From the NCBI GenBank assembly GCA_008632985.1, contig QPGO01000057.1, positions 372,001 through 403,213 of the forward strand: a stretch of 31,213 nt of DNA, given 5' to 3'. The notes under the pieces are model-generated. The model saw nothing but the letters and a program-made list of their open reading frames with translations, did not search any database and was not told the DNA's origin. The DNA comes from Psammoneis japonica (lineage: Eukaryota). Position 1 is the stretch's first letter; each line of letters starts with the position of its first letter. This document shows, piece after piece, positions 1-9,720 of this stretch. The translations under genes and the position numbers were made by a program.

Positions 1-139
1 CTTGTTTTAACGGCTATTATAGTCTTCCTCCAAAGTGGGCACTGCGCCGATTCTAAGAAGGACAGACGTAATCAGATACAAACAAGCTTAGAGAAGTTTG
101 CCTAGTGACAGCTGTCTGCGTCACTACAGTAATCACTGT

Positions 140-1927
140 TTAACGCACAGTTCCAACTCCTCCTGGGAAGTCTCCCAAAGCCATAATACCCTTAGAAGTC
201 CTACGAGTTGGTGGGGCTCCAAATACATCCCAAAAACGCAATGTTTCATCCGCTGCAGCAGAGACGACACAGCCACCATCAGGGCTTGGCTCTGTGTGTA
301 GTACACGTGATGTATGGCCTTTAAACTCTTGAAGCTTGGTCATCGTTGGGTATTTCCAAAGTATCAGTTGGTTTTCACTGAAACCATGGGACGAGCACAG
401 CTCCTGCTGATGCCTCGACCACAAAAGAGAGCATACCTGAGATCCAGTATCGACCGAGTTCAGCATTGTACCATTGCTCGTGTTCCAGAACTTGATGCTC
501 CGGTCAGCTGTGCCGCCCCCGCTGGCAAGTAACCCGCGACGGAATGGACACCAAGCAAGCGCTTTCACGGCAGCCTTGTGCTGCGTAAGAAGAATCCGAG
601 GCGACACCTCGGAACTAGCAATACTGTGCCGAGCGCGACCTGACAAAGCGTCACGTCGTCCGGATATTACCGCGTCCCAGATACAAAGATAATTTTCGTT
701 GCCACCACTGGCTAGCATCGTCCCTTCATCATTCCACTTCAGGCCGCATACCTCTTGCGTGTGCCCTTGGTATGTAGAAACAGCATGACCGGCGGATCGG
801 ATGTCATGTTGAAGAATCAAAGAGTCTCTGCCTCCTGATGTAAGCCACTGGTTGTTCCACGCCAAACTGCTGACTCTATTGGAATGACCATCCAATGTTC
901 GCACCTCTCGAATGGCTTGAGCGTCCCACAATTGAACAGCACTCGAGTTTGTTCCGACGGCAATGTACTTGGATTGACCATGCATGGTTGCCCATGATAC
1001 ACTTGTGACATAATCATTCGCTCCCCGCAAGGTAACCAAATGTTGAATGTCGCCTGTACCTGCATTCCACAGATAGACGCACTGCCCAAGCGCTACAGCA
1101 AGAATATTGTCTTTACTCCAGCTTAGCAGATTAATGTAGAAATCATCAACCAAATCGGGTGCGTCAAGAATTCTTGTTGGGGCACTTGGAATCTTACGAC
1201 GAGTTTTGTTTGCGGCAGATTCTAATCCACAGTCCAACGGATCTGAGTCACTTGAGAAAGCATTCCCGCCCTTGCATGATTTCGATGCAGATCGCTGCAA
1301 GACTCGTAGCTGATCGTGACAGTACGGATCCGACACAAGAGATGACGAGCTTCCTTCTCCTATTGAAGTGAAAGAGCCACTGTGAGTATTTCTATCCGAA
1401 AACGAAAGCATACGTGTGTCATTCTCTTGGTTGCGTGATATTTCATCGACTGGGATATCGAGTAGCGCCCCTTTCATCCGACGTCGAAACTCAGCTTGGA
1501 GGGCTGTCTCTGGGTCTGTTTGAGTCGGCGAAGATGAATTATTTTCACCCGAAAGTATTGAGTAATTAGGATATCTCTGTCTTTCCAGTGAAGATATGAC
1601 GCTGGTTCGGCAAAGGTCCATGTTCATGAGAGATCTGTTCGGGATGAATCGATCTGCTGAGGATCGAACGGTTGGCGTTGATCGTTTCCGAGGAGTAATG
1701 CTGGTGATGGTAGGTGAATGATATATGTTTGGTGCTTTTCTTCTCTTCCTACAAGAAGGCGTGTGTGGATCCCGTCTCATGAGGTGCTGAGGGCTGCTCC
1801 CTCTGACGGTGCCCGATCGTGGAAGAGACCTCATTAAACATGAACTTTTTCCCTGGTGCGTACTACTCCTTGGAGGTGTTTGAAGAAGAGTCCTCTTCGA
1901 GTGGTTGCGTGTTGGTGTTTTCATCAT
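140..1927 (-). CDS. CDC20: APC/C activator CDC20 (Fizzy family WD40 protein), intronless
   Basis: C-box DRFIPNR, a Mad2-binding-like RMLSF, the hallmark RKIPSAPTRILDAPDLVDDFYINLLSWS, WD40 repeats (GHTQEVCGLKW, HKAAVKALAWCP, LASGGGTADRSIKFWN, GSQVCSLLWS, SAAADETLRFW) and a C-terminal VR (IR-tail variant). First in-frame ATG is at 1927; the ORF track's 1999 start is not an ATG. Confidence 0.95.
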   Translation of the reverse strand: MMKTPTRNHSKRTLLQTPPRSSTHQGKSSCLMRSLPRSGTVRGSSPQHLMRRDPHTPSCRKRRKAPNIYHSPTITSITPRKRSTPTVRSSADRFIPNRSLMNMDLCRTSVISSLERQRYPNYSILSGENNSSSPTQTDPETALQAEFRRRMKGALLDIPVDEISRNQENDTRMLSFSDRNTHSGSFTSIGEGSSSSLVSDPYCHDQLRVLQRSASKSCKGGNAFSSDSDPLDCGLESAANKTRRKIPSAPTRILDAPDLVDDFYINLLSWSKDNILAVALGQCVYLWNAGTGDIQHLVTLRGANDYVTSVSWATMHGQSKYIAVGTNSSAVQLWDAQAIREVRTLDGHSNRVSSLAWNNQWLTSGGRDSLILQHDIRSAGHAVSTYQGHTQEVCGLKWNDEGTMLASGGNENYLCIWDAVISGRRDALSGRARHSIASSEVSPRILLTQHKAAVKALAWCPFRRGLLASGGGTADRSIKFWNTSNGTMLNSVDTGSQVCSLLWSRHQQELCSSHGFSENQLILWKYPTMTKLQEFKGHTSRVLHTEPSPDGGCVVSAAADETLRFWDVFGAPPTRRTSKGIMALGDFPGGVGTVR

Positions 1928-2689
1928 GGCGGATTGATTTGAAAGGTTGATGGGACACCGGTAGGTATGTTGTGAGGGAAAAATGCTGCTCGCTGACAAA
2001 AAATGTGAGCGAGCGCCATAAAAAAAACGGAAAAGAAAACCACAGAATCTTATGTATGCAACTTTTTATACAATAATAATATTTATTAGAAAAAATGTAT
2101 GTGAATATTAAAATTCCTCAACGGACGTCTCTGTCACACGCTCACAAAATGGCGATTTGGAGATTTCACTCACTTCTCGTCGCCATTGTGAAAGTAATCG
2201 CCATCGCCTTCACTCCATTCTATCTGGCATACCATTATCCACACTCACTCCTATACAACATTACATGTGATATGCCCTACTTCAGATAGTATCTTGCAGT
2301 CGGTGTGGTCCTCCCACAGACGGTCCTGTTGTCTCAGTTCCATGCACTTCACTCGTTCTGTCTCTTGGGAGGTAGGGTGGCACAGTGATGCCGTCAGCAT
2401 AAGACTCAAGAATGATTTGCTACGATGTTGAAACTTTGTCAGATGGAGACAAGGTATTGAAGATCACCCGACGGCGACTGACAATCCCAAATTCTCAGAA
2501 AGGTGTCAAAGAATCAGGTGATGTTCTCTCTAGCTAGAGAACGATCTATCGATTTCAATGTATTGCCAGGAAAAACTCCGTTGTTCTCGAATGCTGGGAT
2601 AAAGTGTCACTACAAGTTCAGCTACCGACAGTAGTCTCCCAAGTTTTTATCCAGACGTGCGGCGTAACGAGGAAATGGTGTTGTGGTAT

Positions 2690-3790
2690 GTTTCAGCTGT
2701 GATTTGATTGGTCTCGATTATAAGGTTGCAGGATTTGCGAATTGCACAATGCGAGAAAATGGGTGAAAGTCCTTATTACCTTCAAGAGACACAACGTGAA
2801 AGAGTATTGTCGCCACGGTGAAGGCATGGTCGCAATGCAGGAGCTACGAGGACAACAGAAAATTCGTGAATCAGCGAGTTCAACCAAACTGGCCCGCAAC
2901 CGATTGCAGAGAAAGGGGTGCAACAGAAGTTGGCCCTTGTGATTCGCCTTGTTGGTTTCGATAAAGCTTGGAGTGTCACGATTGATAGTCAGATGATACT
3001 TGACAAAGCTACCAGGTGACGTCTTGTAGGCCATTCGAAGCTTCCGGTTGATTGCCGCAAGCGGTTCGTTAGGGAAGAGTTGGAAGCCACTTGAACTTGG
3101 CGTTTCCCTGCCAGGTCGAAACGGGCCATCATTCGGTCCCTCGCCAGCTTAATCATCGTTAGTTTCCTGAACGTCTGACAGCGAGTCATTCTTGGCAGAC
3201 ACCATCGGAACAGACATGTCATTTCCGTCAATGTCAATGGCAGAATCAAACTCATCCGTGGTCGACGGAGCAGAACGCTTCCAAGCTCCTACTTCCTTGG
3301 CCTCTTCATCACTCGACCACGCATATGGTTTTGAGCTCTTCTCTTTCTGTTCTTTTTCACCTACGTCATGATGTATGATTGACTCGGATGCAGCAGAGAT
3401 AGCACTGCTGTCGTGAGACTTGCTATCCATGTCGCTACTGCTACTGTTGCTCTCATCTCCTGACCGTTTATATGCCCGAGATTGAGTATGAAAAGCTTCT
3501 TCACTATCGCTCACTAGATCCGAGTCTTCGCTGCTTTTGCTTTTCAGATGAATTTGTAAGCTCTTGTCCGTCAACACCTCTAGAGTGTCGGTCGTCATCC
3601 TCTTCACGAAGTGACGCGCAAGTCGCTTCGTTGAATGCAAGGTGCAATGCCCGATTTAAGAAGGGCTTTTGCCGAAAGCCTTTTTACGTTGAGTTCTGCA
3701 TCTTTTGTTTCAACGGCTTTGCTTCTTGGAATAATTCTCCCGTCTTTACCGCATCCAACCAATTGATTTAACAAATGCCGAGGAGGACAA
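2690..3790 (-). pseudogene. Frame-disrupted coding-like remnant with Ser/Asp/Glu-rich low-complexity sequence, product unknown
   Basis: Consecutive overlapping minus-strand ORFs in different frames (3604-3849, 3149-3640, 2989-3255, 2693-3034) with protein-like acidic/Ser-rich composition; no recognisable domain. Confidence 0.3.
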
Positions 3791-4122
3791 ATAATGAGCG
3801 ACGAGTTCCGTGGGGGGGGGGGGGGGGGGGCGGAGTCCTCGTTGGGCATGGTGAATGCTGCACCTCTGCTTTGATAGAAACTTCTGTTTCCACTAGTATT
3901 ATCATTCTCGACGCGTTCATCCTCTTCGTTTTGTATTCAGTGACAGCATGGATTCGTGGTACCGTAGTGATCATCATCATCATTATAGAAGACGGCATAG
4001 CCCACAACCAAACCAAGCAGCACGCTCATCAAAACCGCAACGGAGAAGGTCATGGATACCAACAATAAAATGTAACAGAAAAGGCCTGAAGTGTGTGCAA
4101 TAGTGCAAAGAATATTCTTCAT
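3790..4122 (-). pseudogene. Ctr-family copper transporter C-terminal fragment
   Basis: YILLLVSMTFSVAVLMSVLLGLVVGYAVF resembles Ctr TM2/TM3 (MxxxM degenerate to LxxxM; GxxxG intact), followed by TTNPCCH. The TGA at 3937-3939 is in frame with a continuing acidic tail (IQNEEDERVEND...MPNEDSAPPPP). No intact N-terminal half is visible. Confidence 0.55.
3812..3830 (+). repeat. G19 homopolymer
   Basis: Read directly; encodes poly-Pro on the minus strand. Confidence 0.9.
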
Positions 4123-4630
4123 GGTGGAGAGCTACAACTACTTTGTTTTGGCTGAAACTTTAAGTGGGAATGGCTCGAAGGAGACCTATGGCGATTGCAG
4201 TTCGGAGAAAACGCACGCGGCAGAGGTCAAGAGAGACACTTGGAACCGCCAGAGAAACTGAATATCATCTGCCTTTGCACTCACGCCACCACGTTTTGTT
4301 TACAACAAGCTTTCCCCTCATCCCTGAATCGTCCCTCTCTTCCTATGCACCTTCTCATCACGCTTGAGCCGAAAACAGTTTGTGGTACTACCGGTATGTC
4401 TGATGGTGGGACGAGGAGTCGATCGATCGAACGTCTCAGCAGAAACGTTTGGCTCGATTGCATCCGCAGCTGATCATCTTATTGTGCACATGGTTAAGAA
4501 AACATGATTATTTGTACAGGTGCCTGTAGCAACTATTTTGTGTCATATAATATCTCCTCGTTATACAAGAGGTCATGGTACTGTATTCCACACACTACCC
4601 ACTGTACGCCTAGCGTACGCTACATCATTA

Positions 4631-4800
4631 TTATTTCGACACAAACTCAATGTCAGGTCTCTTATTCTGCAACATGGCCAGGTTATCAGCTGATAGCACA
4701 TCACTTCTAAGCCAACGAAGAGTGGGCCGGCTTTGAACAAGATTGATAATGAACTCTTGAGGCAATGGTCCTTCAAAAGTATAATTATAAGGAACAGGAA
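4631..4800 (-). pseudogene. C-terminal fragment of an expanded diatom LRR/F-box-like protein family
   Basis: PLPQEFIINLVQSRPTLRWLRSDVLSADNLAMLQNKRPDIEFVSK* resembles the recalled C-terminus (PQ..LIKFVR..P.LRWFRSDL..EN..ML..ERP.IE) of a diatom family; the upstream frame is broken. Confidence 0.45.
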
Positions 4801-5135
4801 CAACCGCGGAGACGCGAACCGTCCAATTCAGATACAAATACCGATTCAATCGTCCAGATAAGCATTGTTTTATCATTGCCAGTTCACTGTAGTATGTCCT
4901 TTGTTGTCCACCCGAACCACGGAAGATCAATTGCTACTACAATGGTTCTCAGTTCTCACAGAAACTGCCGCGATAAAATCCTCGCAATAAACCGACCACG
5001 TATCCCAGCGCTGCACCAAAGCATAGGAAAGTTCTGTGACTGAATAGCAATGATCCATAATCGAAATAACACAGAGAGTCCAATCAGCACACATCCACTC
5101 GTGCGGCGTCGAACTAATTCTCGTTCCTCCTCCAA

Positions 5136-5255
5136 TTAAACTGCTGTAGCTAGTACCTGCATCTTGTCACTGTTTAGTCGGCGTGGATTTAGATTCAAGT
5201 TTTGTAATTCAGCATCATTTTCCAACAGACGCATACAGAGATCGTGGAGCCATGG
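5136..5255 (-). pseudogene. RNI-like leucine-rich-repeat N-terminal fragment
   Basis: Hand translation PWLHDLCMRLLENDAELQNLNLNPRRLNSDKMQVLATAV* resembles the L..ND..L..L.L start of RNI-like LRR proteins; short and stop-terminated. Confidence 0.3.
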
Positions 5256-5590
5256 ATGGGTGGAGCGGAATCTAACATGCGCGTTGGTATGAGTCTGTAG
5301 GACCAGAATAACACGCGTTTCCGCCTACAAAACAATCTCAAGTGCTTTCCACAAGCTAGTTTCTTTATTCATACAAAATACAATAGAGCTTGAGTTTAAT
5401 GCCTCTTCTGTTCTTCTCCTTGCCGGTGTTGCGAAAAATTGAAAATGATTAATGATCTTGGGCGTTCGCATGAGGCTCAGAACCTGGTGTTCACCGATGC
5501 TTCGCGCGATATATCACTCCCCATCGTTCGTGAAGCACTTGATACACGTTGGTACGCCTTGGTACGCTTGTCCACGGAACACTAAGTATG

Positions 5591-6558
5591 TATGGAAACC
5601 GTTCAGTCACTGGCCGGCCGACGCGGAATTTGTACGGGAATGACCGAAGCGTCAGCTGAGGTCATCGGAACCGGTCACGAAGCCGGCAGGCTGAGTACCG
5701 GTTCTCCCGTACAAATTCCACGGAGGCCGGAGCGGCCGAACCTGAGGGTGCGCTGAGGCGGAGGTCCCCGACGCCGAAGCGCACCCGAAGGTGAGGACGC
5801 GTCCACGTGACTGACCGGTTTCCATAGGAACCTATCAGTTAGAGGACTGACGCAACACAGAGACCAACAAAATACATTAATATGGATCTCTATTGAGTGA
5901 TCCTGGTGATGTATTTTTGTTGTGGGACCGCTGGAAGACGCCATGGTCGAAGGTGAGGCCTCTCGATCGCGGTGTCGTTTCGTGGGTTTGCTTTTTTATC
6001 TATATTATTAATACATATAGATGTATATTTATTTTAATTAGGCGGTTCCGTTTATATGTTTATTCATTTATATATGCTTTTTCACAGTCAGTATCGGTTT
6101 GTGGCATTCAAACACGATTGAACTCTGCGACGTCACATACCAGAGACCTACACAACATTGTCGTAGCCAGCATGTGCAGGAACCACCGTTGGGTCGAGAG
6201 CACTTTTTGAATTTCAATACCAGACAACATGTAGATTTCTACGAGCCAGAAATGACCCTCCAGTGCCATATCATGTGCATCGCTCACTCCGGGAACGCGA
6301 CGGCCGGTTCCCGGAACGCTGGTATATGCCTACGTGGCTCTACGTCGGGAATCGGCCGAATTTGTCAAAATCGCCTGCGCTGGTTCCGACGGTTGGAATG
6401 AGACAAAATTCAAATATTGGTTCCCAACCGTGTACCAAGTTCCCACGTAGCTTCTACACAACCGCCAAAATAGTCTCGGTCATAATGACTCGAGTTTCCA
6501 TACACAGTCTACACAGCGCTACGAAGAACAATGTCAGTCCGATAACTGATAGGTTCCT
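5591..6558 (+). other. Large branched fold-back element (structured ssDNA or RNA) with tandem G.A mismatches; function unknown
   Basis: Stems: 5591-5610/5807-5826 (19/20 bp), 5614-5639/5705-5730, hairpin ears 5640-5665 and 5668-5704, arm 5732-5800, and long-range stem 5826-5851/6533-6558. Eight internal mismatches are tandem GA/GA. Confidence refers to the pairing, not to a function. Confidence 0.85.
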
Positions 6559-6759
6559 GAAGTACACCCTGTCTACGCAGTGTCCCGTTTGTCCACAGGT
6601 GAAAAAAAAAAGATTCAAAGCAAAACGATGGAGAGTACAGTGTGGCTCGAGGACCGAAACAGACCTCGCCGACAGAGAGCTCACGACTGTTGCTTGCTTG
6701 TTGGCTGGCTGGTGCTGTTTCTGGCTAGAGCTACGGTGCTCTACCCTACAACTGTGAAG

Positions 6760-7500
6760 TGTGAGTTGAAAGGAATGCATTAGACTGGCATTTTGTTGGA
6801 AGCCTCACAATGGATCATTGCTCGATCAAACGGCCAAGGTCAGAGGCGGCCACGACAATGATGAAGTCAAATTGGTTGACAAGCATTTGTGGCAGCAGGA
6901 AATGCAAACAATGACAGGGTCAAACTGGCACTGCTGGACAGAAAAAAAGAGTTCAAGCTCATGACTGTGCTGTTTGTCACAAAGGGCTCGGTTCAATTCG
7001 GAGTTTCTTTTGCAAGGCGAGTCTCTTTTCCTCTTGTGTTGTCACATGTGCAACCAAAAAGGAGGGGTGCACCATTGTCATGCACCAAACAGTGCTTCGG
7101 CAGCTGAGTTGTGCAGTGTCTGGTGCAACAATTTCTTTTAGAAGGAGAGTTTTTCCTTGTTGTCAGATGTGTGTGACAAAAGGAGAGAAGCACCATGATT
7201 GTCATGCAAACAGTGGATCAGCCATCTGAGTTGTGTGGTGTCTGATGCAACAAAAGGCAAAAGAGACAGAAGCAGCCAAAACTCAAAAAAACATGCAGCA
7301 GGCACCTGAGTTAAAGCTCTTCCAAAAACAAGAGGCTGCACCACAAAACAAAACATTGCAAATCTGTGACCATTGGAAAAATTGGCTGCTGTCAAGCTGA
7401 GTGATGACTTTGGCAATGTCAGATTTGTGACCAAAAATGAGTTGGTGGCAAAACACAATTGTTCAGAATTTAAATGGTGGTGACCACATCAGTTGATTTT
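6760..7500. mobile_element. TpA-depleted, partly CpG-depleted degenerate repeat block 1
   Basis: Only a few TpA, in TTAG/TTAA contexts (6780, 7138, 7311, 7471); TG/CA-rich; flanks have normal composition. Confidence 0.6.
6825..7033 (+). mobile_element. Possible CryptonF-type tyrosine recombinase relic
   Basis: Reads DQTAKVRGGHDNDEVKLVDKHLWQQ...RARFNSEFLLQGESLFL. Reverting CAC/CAT to TAC/TAT and CAA to CGA gives GGYDNDEVKLVDKYLW...LRGESLF, resembling the recalled GY...YFW...LRGES catalytic-Arg region of Crypton/Ndc10-like YRs. Short and degenerate. Confidence 0.35.
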
Positions 7501-7592
7501 TGAAAAACCGTCACACCTGTGTGGAGTGTGCATCGCAGGTGTAAAAATTTCATTTCTTGTTCTTGTTGATCTTGGCGGGCGGGCGGGCGGCG

Positions 7593-7918
7593 CGGCACCA
7601 GTGCTCACATCAGGAGCACAGGCGCTTGTACAGCATCGCATTGTGTCAAAACACGGCGCAGCGCGCAGTTGGGCGCAGCACCAGTGCTCACATCAGGAGC
7701 ACAGGCCATCATGCATTCAGATTTATAATGTCCTGAAGATTGCAAAAGACAGTGCCATTACCCAACCTTTTCAGAATTGATTAAAAATATAAAAGCCATC
7801 ATAGATTCAAGAATTATATTTGCTTGTATACGTATTTTGTGTCAAAACAGACACCGCGCAGTTGGGAGCGCAGCACCAGTGCTCACATTAGGAGCACAGG
7901 CGCTTGCACAGCATCGCA
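7593..7918 (+). repeat. Three copies of a ~30-80 bp unit containing a GTGCTC-N7-GAGCAC hairpin
   Basis: GCACCAGTGCTCACAT(C/T)AGGAGCACAGG at ~7595, ~7678 and ~7873; copies also share TTGTGTCAAAACA and GCGCTTG(T/C)ACAGCATCGCA. Confidence 0.85.
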
Positions 7919-7989
7919 GTGAGATCTTTGGCAAACCATACACTGGTTTTAGAGGTAGTTGAGCCTTTGTGTAAACAAGTCTGCCCACT

Positions 7990-8800
7990 CTGCACCCTGC
8001 ACCAGCATTCCGAAAACAACGAGACTACACCCTTTTGGAGACACCGCAAGTTTCGCATCATCGCCGTCATACTCACCGCCGTCGTGGCGATTGTGATTGT
8101 AGTTGTCGTCATTTTAATGGGTAATACTAATCCCAAAGCTCACTTTGTTCCCGTTGATCCACCCGGCAAGGAAGAAGCGGGTCGTTGGGATGCCACGTTG
8201 GGATTGCGTTTGCGTGTCGTAAATGCGTGCAGTGACGGCTAATGGACGGCTCTGTTTGATGCTTCCCTCAGTGATTGGAACTCAAGTCCATCGCTGCAAT
8301 TGACACTGATGCGTTCAACACAGGATCTGGGTTGTCAACCGGAAATGAAATGACTCAAGGTTTGCAGTGGCAATTATGGCAATACCGGTTGGCTGTTAAG
8401 ACGAGAAGTCATTGTGTGGAGCACGGCGCGACTCAATGAAGATCAATACATTAATACTGTGCTGAGTCTTTGTTTTGTTGTTTGTGTATTGTTGCTATTG
8501 GGGTGGTATATTTTGGTGCTTGTTTGGCGAAGTGTTGGCATTCTTTCGTCTCTCAAAACGCGCACCTCTCCCATCTACTCTTACTCGATAATCCATCCAT
8601 TTGTAATGTTGTTTGTAGGTGCCACGAACTTTGTCACGGATTTGGTTTGCCGCATCATTCCGACGAAAATCATTTCAACATTAACCGAGGGGATTGCATG
8701 GATTACACAACCCGGCCCCGTTCCAACAAGCTGCCGGGACTGCACAATTTTCATCCCCCCGACGAGCCACTTGTGTTTGGTAGTTCCGCCACTGACGTGA
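7990..8800 (+). pseudogene. Type II membrane zinc metallopeptidase (metzincin-like HExxHxxGxxH), disrupted
   Basis: N-terminal TM (IIAVILTAVVAIVIVVVVILM), then LRLRVVNA, LKVCSGNYGNTGW, ARLNE and CHELCHGFGLPH...GDCMDYT; in-frame stops at ~8240 and ~8351 and frame changes. Confidence 0.7.
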
Positions 8801-9059
8801 GTGGTGCTACTTCTGGAAACTTACGTCCCAATCGAAATGGCAGTACTCGACGAATGGAAAACAATGCGTTCTATGCGGACAATTCACCCTTATGGACGAA
8901 TCCGTGAACAATAGCACCACCAGCACTATTCTACAAGAATCATCCGAAGAAGAAGAGTCGGAAGAAGAATCAAGTGACGAGGAGCCTGTTCCAATGGATA
9001 TCCAAGAAACGGCACTTGAACAAGTAGGTTGGCAAATCTGTTTGACTGCCCCCGACTTG

Positions 9060-9720
9060 TGCGCCGCCATGACATTGACCCTAATAGTCCAATTCGTGAG
9101 AGTGCCCTAGTGTTGATGACGCTTCGGGTTGTTATGGTCCCAGTTCGCCTGGATGGATTACAGTCACGGAACAGCGAATTTGACCGAATTATGATTTGAC
9201 GCGTGTTATGTTCAACAGAAGCAATATCGCCGAGAATATTTGTTTTGAAAATGAACTGGTGCAAGAGGGTGATTTGGTGCTGGTATTGGCTATTTTACTC
9301 TTCCGGCCCTGATCAAGGGCAAGGCATTTAGTGAGTGGAACACACATCTTGCGTTCGCCCTAAAGTACAACCTTCAACAAACGGTGAGGCGGATAGGGCA
9401 ACAGTACACGCAGGACATTGTCGACAACTCTCTCGACAGCATGAGGTGGTCGACAAGTTTGATCGAGTCAGTCTTGGACTACTCCCGAGCAGCGAGGGCG
9501 GCTGGAGAACAGCTGTCAGGGCCTTGTGTCATGACACCGGAGGTTGTCTTCATGTCCACGGGAATGTACGAGACTCTTGAAGTAGCTCAATGGCAGCAAT
9601 TGATGCATTGTTGTCTTGGTGCTCTAGTTGGGAAGGACACTGCCAATCCAAATCGAGATGAGAAGGAGCATCTTAGTGGATGCTCAGCAGCCACGACAAA
9701 GTCGGGATGGATATTCTTGT
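9060..9720 (+). pseudogene. TYW2: tRNA wybutosine-synthesizing protein 2 (TYW2/Trm12, Met10+-like SAM-dependent transferase) fragment, disrupted
   Basis: DIDPNSPIRES, PGWITVTEQ, DLTRVMF, AGIGYFTLPAL, EWN, LKYNL, DRVSLGLLPSSEGGW and LHVHGNV occur in the expected order, with an in-frame stop, frameshifts and short deletions around the SAM-binding motif. Confidence 0.8.

Noticed and set aside
1928..1999. N-terminal extension of CDC20 in the ORF track
   Set aside because: Starts at a non-ATG codon; ATG 1927 is the plausible eukaryotic start.
2026..2030. MSA-like AACGG upstream of CDC20
   Set aside because: A single 5-mer is expected by chance.
3937..3939. Selenocysteine or readthrough at the in-frame TGA of the Ctr fragment
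   Set aside because: No SECIS seen, and the fragment is otherwise decayed; a simple stop or nonsense mutation suffices.
5640..5800. Hammerhead ribozyme, K-turn/box C/D or SECIS interpretation of the CTGAG/GAA motifs
   Set aside because: No CUGANGA...GAAA...UH core in a three-way junction, no 3-nt bulge beside the GA pairs, and no SECIS apical AA loop. The GA pairs are symmetric within continuous helices.
5591..6558. Telomerase RNA, rRNA, tRNA or self-splicing intron
   Set aside because: No telomeric template, cloverleaf, rRNA motif or group I/II consensus was recognised. A covariance-model search is still advisable.
7593..7918. CRISPR-like array
   Set aside because: Only three copies with irregular spacing, the intervening sequences are themselves repeated, there are no cas genes, and the context is eukaryotic.
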